From Bacillota bacterium (lineage in GTDB: Bacteria > Bacillota > Sulfobacillia > UBA995): a DNA stretch of 64,000 nucleotides. The translations under genes were made by a program, and so were the position numbers. Below the pieces are notes generated by a model that did no database searches, was not told the DNA's origin, and was given only the letters and a program-made list of their open reading frames with translations. Every line of letters starts with the position of its first letter. Within the stretch, counting starts at the first letter, position 1. Location of the stretch: NCBI GenBank assembly GCA_035477115.1, contig DATIKW010000003.1, positions 118-64,117 on the forward strand. The letters run 5' to 3'. Shown here one piece after another: positions 35,383 through 43,396 of this stretch.

Positions 35383-36942
35383 GTGTACATAGCCACCGCG
35401 GCGGAAATGCGACGACTGGAACGGGCTGCGACCGAGGAGGCGGGCCTGGCGGAACTGATCCTCATGGAGAACGCGGGGGCGGGGGCGGCGCAAGTCGCCC
35501 GCTCCCTGCTGCCGGCCGTACGCTCCCGGGTGGCCGTGTTCGCCGGGCCGGGCAACAACGGCGGCGATGCGCTGGTCGTGGCCAGGCATCTGGCCGGGTC
35601 TGGGCACCAGCTCACCGCGTTCCTCGTAGGCGGACCGCCCCGGGGGATTGCGCGCCAGAATCTGGTCGCCGCCGCCGGGTCGGGAGTGGAGATCATCGAT
35701 GCTGCCGGTCCGGGGCGGTTCGGGGAGGTAGCGGCGAATTCATCGCTGGTGGTTGACGGGCTGCTGGGCACGGGACTCCAGGGCGCGCCCCGGGGGCCGA
35801 TCGCGGACGCCATTACCGCCATCCGCGCCTGCGGACAACCGGTCCTCGCGCTGGACGTCCCGTCCGGCCTGCAATCGGATACGGGACAACTCCCGGGGGT
35901 CTGGGTGCGGGCGACCGTCACCGCCACCTTCGGGCTGGCCAAGCCGGGTCTCTACCTGTATCCGGGTGCCGAGTCCGCGGGAACGGTGAAGCTGGTGGAC
36001 ATCTCGTTGCCCGGCCCGGTCCTGGAGCGCTGGCGCCCGGCCACTCGTTTGCTCTCCCCGGAACTGGCCCGGAGCATGTTGCCATCCCGCCCGCCCTGGG
36101 GTCACAAGGGTACCTTCGGCCACGTGGTCATCCTGGGCGGCTCGACGGGGATGGCCGGGGCGCCGGTCCTTGCCGGCCTGGGAGCATTGCGGGCCGGAGC
36201 CGGACTGGTCACCGTGGTCCTGCCCTCACCCCTCGACCAGACGGTGGTGGCGGCAGCGCCAGAATTGATGACGGTCGCCGTGGGTTCCGGCGGCCAGTGG
36301 CCGGTGGATGACCGGGAGTGGCTCGACCGCCTGCTCGACCGTCATCCCGCGGCCATAGCGATCGGGCCGGGGATGGGCCGCGGTCCCGGCCTCGCCGGCC
36401 TGGTGACCGTCCTGCTCACCAGATCCCCCTGCCCGGTGGTGGTCGATGCCGACGCCCTGACCGTCCTGAGCGGGTTTGATCCCCGGGAGAAGGAGGCTTG
36501 CCTCAGCCCCCGGGTCGTGCTCACCCCTCATCCGGGAGAAATGGCCCGCCTATTGGACCGCGAGGTCGCCCTCATCCAGGCCGACCGGCTGGGCCAGGCG
36601 CGGGAGGCGGCCCGGAACTGGCGGACCACGGTGGTGCTCAAGGGCGCGGGTACCGTGGTGGCGGCCGGAGAGGGGGACGCCTGGCTCGACCCGGGCGGCA
36701 ATCCGGCCCTGGCGACGGCGGGGAGCGGCGACGTACTGGCAGGCGCCATCGCCGGGCTCCTGGCTCAGGGTCTGCCCGGACCGCAAGCTGCGGCGCTGGG
36801 TGTGTACCTCCATCGCTCCGCCGGCGACCGAGTCAGGGCGCGGCTGGGCGAAGCCGGGGCGATCGCCGGGGATCTGTTGGGCGAGCTGCCGGCAGCCCGC
36901 GCCGCACTGAGTCTATCGGCAGATTGCGCCAATGGGAGGTGA
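35383..36942 (+). CDS. nnr: Bifunctional NAD(P)H-hydrate repair enzyme Nnr (epimerase + ADP-dependent dehydratase)
   Basis: 519 aa. YjeF_N (VFAGPGNNGGDALVVARHL) plus the carbohydrate-kinase-like C-terminal half (GSGDVLAGAIAGLLAQG). Confidence 0.9.
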   Translation: MYIATAAEMRRLERAATEEAGLAELILMENAGAGAAQVARSLLPAVRSRVAVFAGPGNNGGDALVVARHLAGSGHQLTAFLVGGPPRGIARQNLVAAAGSGVEIIDAAGPGRFGEVAANSSLVVDGLLGTGLQGAPRGPIADAITAIRACGQPVLALDVPSGLQSDTGQLPGVWVRATVTATFGLAKPGLYLYPGAESAGTVKLVDISLPGPVLERWRPATRLLSPELARSMLPSRPPWGHKGTFGHVVILGGSTGMAGAPVLAGLGALRAGAGLVTVVLPSPLDQTVVAAAPELMTVAVGSGGQWPVDDREWLDRLLDRHPAAIAIGPGMGRGPGLAGLVTVLLTRSPCPVVVDADALTVLSGFDPREKEACLSPRVVLTPHPGEMARLLDREVALIQADRLGQAREAARNWRTTVVLKGAGTVVAAGEGDAWLDPGGNPALATAGSGDVLAGAIAGLLAQGLPGPQAAALGVYLHRSAGDRVRARLGEAGAIAGDLLGELPAARAALSLSADCANGR

Positions 36943-38119
36943 GGGGGTGCCGAGTGCGGCATCGATCCGGCCAACTTGCGCTGAGGTGGATCTGGAGGTC
37001 CTGGCCGGAAACATCCGGGCCCTGAAAGACTCAACGCGTCCCGGCGCGGCGTTGATGGCCGTCGTGAAAGCCGATGGGTACGGCCACGGGGCGCTGCAGG
37101 TCGCCCGTACGGCGCAGGCTGCGGGGGCGGAGTGGCTGGGGGTGGCCATCCCCGAGGAAGGCCTTCAGCTGCGCCGAGCGGGTATCGGCGGCCCCATCCT
37201 CGTACTCGGCTGGACGCCTCCCGCTCAGGCCGCTTCCGCCGTTCAGGCGGACTTGACGCTCACCGTCTCCAGCCTCGCGGCGGCCCGCGACCTGGCCCTC
37301 GCGGCCCGGGGGGCGGGGTTGGCGCGAGTGCATCTCAAGGTGGACACGGGGATGGGCCGGCTGGGCGTGCTCGCCGGGAGGGAGGGCTTGGCTGAGGCCG
37401 TGGCCATATGCCGGCTGCCTGGTCTGAGCGTGGAAGGGGCGTTCACCCACTTCGCAGCCGCCGACGAACCCGATCGGACCTTTACCTACCGCCAGCTCGA
37501 GCTGTTCCAGGACTTCCTGGCGCGACTAGAGCAGCACCGGATAACTTTTGCCCTGCGCCATGCGGCTAACACCGCCGCCCTGGTCGACCTGCCCGAGAGC
37601 CACCTGGATCTGGTGCGCCCCGGGCTCGGCTTGTATGGCTACCTGCCTTCGCAGCACGTCCAGAGGCCGCCGGGCCTGCGTCCGGCCCTGACCTGGCGGA
37701 CCCAGGTGTCACACGTCAAGGTACTGCCGGCGGGGTCGCCGGTGGGATACGGCCGCACTTACCACACGGTCCGGCCGACGGTCATCGCTACCCTGCCGGT
37801 GGGATACGCTGACGGCTATCCCCGCAGTCTGTCAAATGCCGGTGACGTGCTGCTGCACTCCCGGCGGTGCCGGATTGCCGGGCGGGTATGCATGGATCAG
37901 TTGATGGTAGAAGTGCCGGATGGTATGGACATCCGGGTGGGCGATGAGGTCATACTCCTGGGCCGGCAGGGAGGCGACAGCATCGATGCCGACGAATTGG
38001 CGGCAAGGGCGGGGACCATCGCCCACGAGATCTTGACCGGAATCGGTCCTCGGGTTCCTCGAGTCCATCTTCACCGGTGGGAGGGAGCAGACATTGGTCG
38101 AGAAGCCACGCCGACTTGA
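36932..38119 (+). CDS. alr: Alanine racemase
   Basis: AVVKADGYGHGA PLP-lysine motif, with a collinear body ending in the C-terminal beta domain. Confidence 0.9.
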   Translation: MGGEGVPSAASIRPTCAEVDLEVLAGNIRALKDSTRPGAALMAVVKADGYGHGALQVARTAQAAGAEWLGVAIPEEGLQLRRAGIGGPILVLGWTPPAQAASAVQADLTLTVSSLAAARDLALAARGAGLARVHLKVDTGMGRLGVLAGREGLAEAVAICRLPGLSVEGAFTHFAAADEPDRTFTYRQLELFQDFLARLEQHRITFALRHAANTAALVDLPESHLDLVRPGLGLYGYLPSQHVQRPPGLRPALTWRTQVSHVKVLPAGSPVGYGRTYHTVRPTVIATLPVGYADGYPRSLSNAGDVLLHSRRCRIAGRVCMDQLMVEVPDGMDIRVGDEVILLGRQGGDSIDADELAARAGTIAHEILTGIGPRVPRVHLHRWEGADIGREATPT

Positions 38120-39071
38120 ACTGGGTTTCTTGCCCACGCCGTTGCAGGAGGCGCCCCGCTTGGCGCGGGCGCTGGGGGGGCCGCGCGTCCTCTTGAAGCG
38201 GGATGATCAGACGGGTTTGGCGACCGGCGGCAACAAGGCACGCAAGCTGGAGTATCTGCTGGCCGACGCCATGGACCAGAAAGCGACGGCCGTGGTGACG
38301 GTAGGCGGTCTTCAGTCGAATCACTGCCGCATGACCGCCGCCGCTTGTCGCAGGCTGGGGATGGAACCATATCTCCTGTTGAACGGCACGCGTCCTGCGG
38401 TCCTGGAAGGAAACCTCCTGTTAGACGCGATCTTCGGCGCAACGCTGCATTTCACTCCCCTTGAGGATGCGGCCGCGATGGACCGCGAACTGGCGGGACT
38501 GGCCGAGCGCGCCCGGGCGGACGGGCACCGCCCCTGGGTAATCCCGCTGGGCGGGTCCAACTCCCTGGGGGCGCTGGGCTATGTCGATGCTCTGCGCGAA
38601 CTGCTGGGTCAGTCCGCGTATCCGTTGGACCACGTGTTCGTGGCCAGCGGCTCCGGCGGGACCCAGGCCGGGCTGATCGCTGGCACGATCGGGGTCTCCC
38701 GGCCTCCGCTCATCCATGGGGTAAGCGTGTCCCGGACCCTCGATATGCTCGTGCCGCGGGTGAGCCAACTGGCGGCCGAGACCGCGGTCCGCCTGGGCCT
38801 GACGCCTCCGCCCGCTGACCGCGTACTGGTTTACGACGGGTACATCGGTCCCGGCTATGCGATGATGACCGAGGCGTGTCGCGATGCCATAAGGCTGGTC
38901 GCTCGAACCGAGGGCATCCTCCTCGACCCGGTATATACCGGCAAGGCGATGGCCGGCCTGATAGATCTGATTCGCGCCGGCCGCTTCGCCCGAGACGAGA
39001 CCGTCGTCTTCTGGCATACCGGCGGTGTACCCGCCTTGCAGGTGTATCGGGAGTGGTTCGCCGATGGATGA
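38094..39071 (+). CDS. PLP-dependent D-cysteine desulfhydrase / ACC deaminase family enzyme
   Basis: LKRDDQTGLATGGNKARKLEYLLADA and GGLQSNHCR signatures. TTG start follows GGGAGGGAG and overlaps the alr 3' end by 26 nt. Confidence 0.85.
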   Translation: MVEKPRRLELGFLPTPLQEAPRLARALGGPRVLLKRDDQTGLATGGNKARKLEYLLADAMDQKATAVVTVGGLQSNHCRMTAAACRRLGMEPYLLLNGTRPAVLEGNLLLDAIFGATLHFTPLEDAAAMDRELAGLAERARADGHRPWVIPLGGSNSLGALGYVDALRELLGQSAYPLDHVFVASGSGGTQAGLIAGTIGVSRPPLIHGVSVSRTLDMLVPRVSQLAAETAVRLGLTPPPADRVLVYDGYIGPGYAMMTEACRDAIRLVARTEGILLDPVYTGKAMAGLIDLIRAGRFARDETVVFWHTGGVPALQVYREWFADG

Positions 39072-40197
39072 CCGGCCGCCGGCCGCTGGTCCGACCCTGC
39101 GTGAACTCGGGTTCCCCGCCGGCCGGCTGCCCACCGGTCCCGGCAACCGCTTGAGCGATGTGCCCGGGGTGCGGGTCGGTCACGCGTCCATCGTGCGCGG
39201 GCATGGCCGCCTTTGCCGGGGGGAGGGTCCGGTCAGGACGGGAGTGACCGCCGTGTGGCCCCATCCCGGCGATCCCTTTCAGGAGAAGGTCAAGGCCGGG
39301 GTCCATGTCATCAACGGTTTCGGCAAGGCGGTCGGCCTGAGCCAGGTCGTGGAGCTTGGCAGCCTCGAGACGCCCATCTTGCTGACCAACACCCTGAACG
39401 TGGGATTGGTGGCCGACGCCGTGGTGCAAGCGATGATCCTCGCCAACCCGGAAATCGGCGTGACTACGGGCACGGTGAACCCCGTGGTTGGAGAGTGCAG
39501 CGATGCCTGGCTGAATGATATCCAGGGACGCCATGTGAGGGCCGAGCAAGTGGCTGTTGCCTTGCGCGAGGCCGGTCCGGCCGGTCCGGCCGGCGGTGCG
39601 GTGGGTGCCGGTACGGGCATGGTGGCATTCGGCTACAAAGCGGGTATCGGCCAAGCGTCGCGGGAGTGGGACGCCGGGGGACTGGTCGTGCGCTTGGGCG
39701 CACTCGTCTTGGCCAATTTCGGAGCCCGCGGCGATCTGGTCATCCTCGGTGTCCCCGTCGGCCGGCTCACTCCGCCTGGCGGCGAGGTGCCGCCGCCGGC
39801 CGCGGTCACCGGTGGCTCGGCCATAATCGTGCTGGCCACCGACGCCCCCCTGGACTCGCGGCAACTGGCCAGACTGGCCCGCCGGGCGGTCGTGGGTCTG
39901 GCCCGGACAGGATCCCACGTGGCCCACGGCAGCGGAGACTTCGTCATCGCGTTCTCCACCGCCAACCGGGAACCCCACCGGGCCGCGCCGCCGGTAGTAG
40001 CGGAGCACAGGCTCCTCGATCACTCTCCCGCGTTCGACCAGCTCTTGCGAGGGGTGGGGGAGGCGACCGAGGAAGCCGTATATAATGCGCTGTTCCTCGC
40101 GGAACCGATGACCGGCCGGGACGGCCATCACGCGCCCGCCTTGTCCGCCGAACAGGTTGGGAGTCTCTTGGCAGCATCGAGGAGGGCACTGGGGTGA
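39064..40197 (+). CDS. DmpA/peptidase S58 family aminopeptidase (paralog 2)
   Basis: LPTGPGNRLSDVPGVRVGH and the GGS-AIIVLATDAPL processing-site pattern. ATG 39064 overlaps the upstream stop by 8 nt. Confidence 0.85.
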   Translation: MDDRPPAAGPTLRELGFPAGRLPTGPGNRLSDVPGVRVGHASIVRGHGRLCRGEGPVRTGVTAVWPHPGDPFQEKVKAGVHVINGFGKAVGLSQVVELGSLETPILLTNTLNVGLVADAVVQAMILANPEIGVTTGTVNPVVGECSDAWLNDIQGRHVRAEQVAVALREAGPAGPAGGAVGAGTGMVAFGYKAGIGQASREWDAGGLVVRLGALVLANFGARGDLVILGVPVGRLTPPGGEVPPPAAVTGGSAIIVLATDAPLDSRQLARLARRAVVGLARTGSHVAHGSGDFVIAFSTANREPHRAAPPVVAEHRLLDHSPAFDQLLRGVGEATEEAVYNALFLAEPMTGRDGHHAPALSAEQVGSLLAASRRALG

Positions 40198-41225
40198 CCG
40201 GGGAGGCGCCGGTGGTAGTGGAAGTGATCCGGGGCGGTGCGCGCGAGTCCCGTCATCGGGGCGAGGCGGTGGTGGTGGATGCCTCGGGCAAAATCCGTTT
40301 CCGCTCCGGCAACCCGCACCGTATGGTCTTCGCCCGCTCCGCCGCCAAGCCGCTCCAAGCAATGACCGTTGTTGAAAGCGGCGCGCTGCGGCAATTCGGA
40401 TTCAGTCCCGCGGAACTCGCGGTCATGTGCGGTTCTCACGGAGGCGAGCCCCGACACTGCGAGACCGTTCGGGGCATCCTGGACAAGATCGGCTTGGGCG
40501 TCGAGTCCCTCGCTTGCGGGTCTCATCCGCCCGCCGACGCCGCGTCCGCCCTGGCACTGGTCAAGGCCGGCCGCGCTCCCGAGCCGCTGCACAACAACTG
40601 CTCGGGCAAGCATGCCGGGATGCTCGCCGTGTGTCGTCGATTCGGCTGGCCGGCGGAAGGTTACCTGGCCCCGGACCATCCTGTGCAGCATCTGAACCTG
40701 CTGAACCTGGCTTCGATGATCGGCGTCGAGCCGTCCGATATCCATCTCGGCGTCGATGGGTGCGGCGCGCCGGCATACGCCTCACCCCTATCCGCGCTCG
40801 CCCTGGCCTACGCGCGCATGGCCGCGCCGTCCGACCTGCCCTCGGCCAAGGCGGAGGCCGCCCGGGCGGTGGCCGATGCCATGCGCTCCCACCCCGACCT
40901 GGTGGCGGGGACCGGCCGGCTCTGTACGCGGCTGATGTCTCTGGGGAAAGGGTTGATCGCCAAGTCCGGTGCCGAGGGAGTGTATTGCGTCGGCCTGATT
41001 GACCCGGGCTGGGGCTTGGCCCTCAAAGTGGAGGACGGCTCGTCCCGGGCCGTGCCTCCTGTCGCGATCCACCTGCTCGAGCAGATCGGCGCGCTGGACC
41101 GACAGGAGATTGACCGCTTGGCCGATCTCCATGAGCCGGCCCTGCGCGATCACCGGGGAAACCAAGTCGGCTGCATGAAACCGGTGGCCCACCTGGATTG
41201 GGCCGGAGGAGAGGGTATAGGATGA
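40194..41225 (+). CDS. Asparaginase family 2 (Rhizobium-type asparaginase II-like) protein
   Basis: VEVIRGGARESRHRG, ARSAAKPLQA, CGSHGGEPRH, and HNNCSGKHAGML match my recollection of the PF06089-type pattern. 4-nt start/stop overlap. Confidence 0.8.
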   Translation: MTGEAPVVVEVIRGGARESRHRGEAVVVDASGKIRFRSGNPHRMVFARSAAKPLQAMTVVESGALRQFGFSPAELAVMCGSHGGEPRHCETVRGILDKIGLGVESLACGSHPPADAASALALVKAGRAPEPLHNNCSGKHAGMLAVCRRFGWPAEGYLAPDHPVQHLNLLNLASMIGVEPSDIHLGVDGCGAPAYASPLSALALAYARMAAPSDLPSAKAEAARAVADAMRSHPDLVAGTGRLCTRLMSLGKGLIAKSGAEGVYCVGLIDPGWGLALKVEDGSSRAVPPVAIHLLEQIGALDRQEIDRLADLHEPALRDHRGNQVGCMKPVAHLDWAGGEGIG

Positions 41226-42148
41226 GGACCAACCGTGCGCGGCTGGTAAAGGTGTCGGTCCTGGGGGAAATTTCGTCTCCCCAGCTTCGTTCCCCCTACC
41301 GGGTGGGCTTTGACGGCGTGGCCCGGATGCTGCCGGCTACCGGGGGGATCGCCTACAACGTGCGCGTGGGTGACCCTGCGCTGGGATGGGTCGGGGATCA
41401 CGTGGAGCCGGGTGTCAGCATCAAGCTCGTGAAGGACGAGCTGGCCAACGCGGCCCTCAATACTCTCGCGTGCGTCGGCAACGAGGCCCAGGTCGTGTCC
41501 GGCGATGCCCGAGGCGAGCGGGGATCGGTGACCGGAAAACACGGAGGAATCGAGCATGTGCTCGTCGATTTCCCTCCATCCGCGCTGGAGCGAATGGCCA
41601 TCGGCGACAAGATCCAGATTCGGGCCTGGGGACAGGGGCTTGCCATCGACGACGCGCCGGCGATCAGGGTGATGAATCTTGACCCTGACCTGTTTGAGCG
41701 TCTCGGCCTGACCATCGTCGACGGGGCGCTCCAGGTGCCGGTAGTGGCCGAGGTTCCGCCGGAACTCATGGGATCAGGGATCGGCTCGCCGAGTTCCGAG
41801 CGCGGGGACTACGACATTACCACTCAAGATCGCGAGTTGCTCGCGGAGTTCGGACTGCTCGACTTGAGGTTGGGGGACCTGGTGGCAGTCCGCGATCGCT
41901 CGGGCCAGTTTGGCCGGAGCTACCGGAGGGGATGGCTGGAGATCGGCGTGGTCGTGCACTCTGACTCCCATCTGTCGGGCCACGGGCCGGGCCTCACGAC
42001 CCTGATGACCGGCGAGCGGGACCATCTGGTCCCGGTGATCGATCCGCAGGCGAATCTGGCCGGCTACCTCCCGCATCAAGCCATGCATTCGCCACGAGCC
42101 GAACCGGCCGGAGCGAATGGGCATCCCCCCCAAGACGGCCAGGCATAG
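41222..42148 (+). CDS. Conserved hypothetical protein, DUF4438-like
   Basis: RTNRARLVKVSVLGEISSP..., GGIAYNVRVGDPALGWVGDHVEPGVS, and GNEAQVVSGDARGERGSVTGKHGGIEHVLVDF resemble DUF4438 proteins (from memory; needs an HMM check). ATGA overlap with the upstream stop. Confidence 0.65.
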   Translation: MRTNRARLVKVSVLGEISSPQLRSPYRVGFDGVARMLPATGGIAYNVRVGDPALGWVGDHVEPGVSIKLVKDELANAALNTLACVGNEAQVVSGDARGERGSVTGKHGGIEHVLVDFPPSALERMAIGDKIQIRAWGQGLAIDDAPAIRVMNLDPDLFERLGLTIVDGALQVPVVAEVPPELMGSGIGSPSSERGDYDITTQDRELLAEFGLLDLRLGDLVAVRDRSGQFGRSYRRGWLEIGVVVHSDSHLSGHGPGLTTLMTGERDHLVPVIDPQANLAGYLPHQAMHSPRAEPAGANGHPPQDGQA

Positions 42149-42185
42149 CTCGCCTGACCTGCTACCGGTTGGCGGTGCCCGTCCA

Positions 42186-42214
42186 TGGACATGGGCTTGC
42201 ACCGCCTCTATAAT
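42186..42214 (+). promoter_or_regulatory. SigA-type promoter for the SEDS gene
   Basis: TGGACA-N17-TATAAT (42186-91 / 42209-14). This implies the real start is ATG 42241 rather than track start 42214. Confidence 0.5.
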
Positions 42215-42240
42215 TGGCTCAGGGGGGGACGCGGGCGTCG

Positions 42241-43395
42241 ATGAGCAGCCGAAGCGAGACACGCCGGGAATGGCGGATGCTGCGCAATGTCGACTTCGTG
42301 TTATTGGCGGCGGCGCTCCTGCTGGTGATCGCCGGGGTCATCATGGTCACCAGCGCCACTTCCCATCGCCCGGTCGGGGGCGACCCCTATTTCTACACGA
42401 CGCGGCAGGCTAGCTGGGCACTGATTAGCCTCGGGGTCATGGTCGCATTCATGATGGTGGACTACATCAACTTCCAGCGTTACGCCCACTACTTGTACGC
42501 GGGCATGCTGGTCATACTGGCGCTGGTACTCATCTTCGGCCGCACCGTTCTGGGCGCGCAGAGTTGGCTGCGCCTTGGCATCCTTGACTTTCAGCCGTCG
42601 GAAGCCTCCAAGATCCTGATCGTCCTGTGTCTGGGCGCCTTGCTCGGACAGCGGACGTCCCCTGTCCGCCGCTGGCTGGAATTCGTCCTGCCCGGACTAT
42701 ATGTGGCCATCCCCATGTTGCTGATTATCCGTCAGCCCGACCTGGGGACATCACTGGTATTCGCCGGGATCTTGATAGGCATGCTCTTCGTCTCCGGCGC
42801 CTGCGTGAAGAAGCTCGCCCTGGTTGCGGGGGTGGGTATCCTGGTGATCAGCCTGGCAATGTACCTGCACCTTGCGCACGACATGCCCCTGCCCTTGCGC
42901 AGACACCAGGTCCAACGACTCACTGCCTTCCTGGATCCCCAGGTTGACCCCCTCGGCACGGGTTACCATCTGCGCCAATCGCTGATTGCCATCGGCGGCG
43001 GGCGAGGCTGGGGACAAGGGTTGTTCTCCGGCAACCAGAACCGGCTGAAGTTCCTCCCCGAACAACACACCGATTTCATCTTTGCCGTCGTCGGCGAGGA
43101 ACTGGGGCTGGCCGGCGTGGCTCTCCTGCTCTCGCTGTATCTTCTGGTTTTCTGGCGGGGCATCCATATCGCGGTCGAAGCCCGCGACCCGTATGGGAGC
43201 TTGGTGGCCGCCGGCATCGTCTCCATGATGGCATTCCACGTCCTGGTGAACGCGGGGATGGCCCTGGGCGTCATGCCGATAACCGGGCTGCCGCTGCCCT
43301 TCGTGAGTTACGGCGGGAATAACCTCATGGTCAACTTCGCCGGCATCGGCCTCCTGCAAAGCATAAGAATGCGCCGCCACGCCATCCTCTTCTGA
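42241..43395 (+). CDS. SEDS-family peptidoglycan glycosyltransferase (FtsW/RodA/SpoVE family, RodA-like)
   Basis: Ten-TM pattern. GAQSWLRLGILDFQPSE..K, LPEQHTDFIFAVVGEELG, and GLPLPFVSYGG. Confidence 0.9.
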   Translation: MSSRSETRREWRMLRNVDFVLLAAALLLVIAGVIMVTSATSHRPVGGDPYFYTTRQASWALISLGVMVAFMMVDYINFQRYAHYLYAGMLVILALVLIFGRTVLGAQSWLRLGILDFQPSEASKILIVLCLGALLGQRTSPVRRWLEFVLPGLYVAIPMLLIIRQPDLGTSLVFAGILIGMLFVSGACVKKLALVAGVGILVISLAMYLHLAHDMPLPLRRHQVQRLTAFLDPQVDPLGTGYHLRQSLIAIGGGRGWGQGLFSGNQNRLKFLPEQHTDFIFAVVGEELGLAGVALLLSLYLLVFWRGIHIAVEARDPYGSLVAAGIVSMMAFHVLVNAGMALGVMPITGLPLPFVSYGGNNLMVNFAGIGLLQSIRMRRHAILF

Positions 43396-43396
43396 T

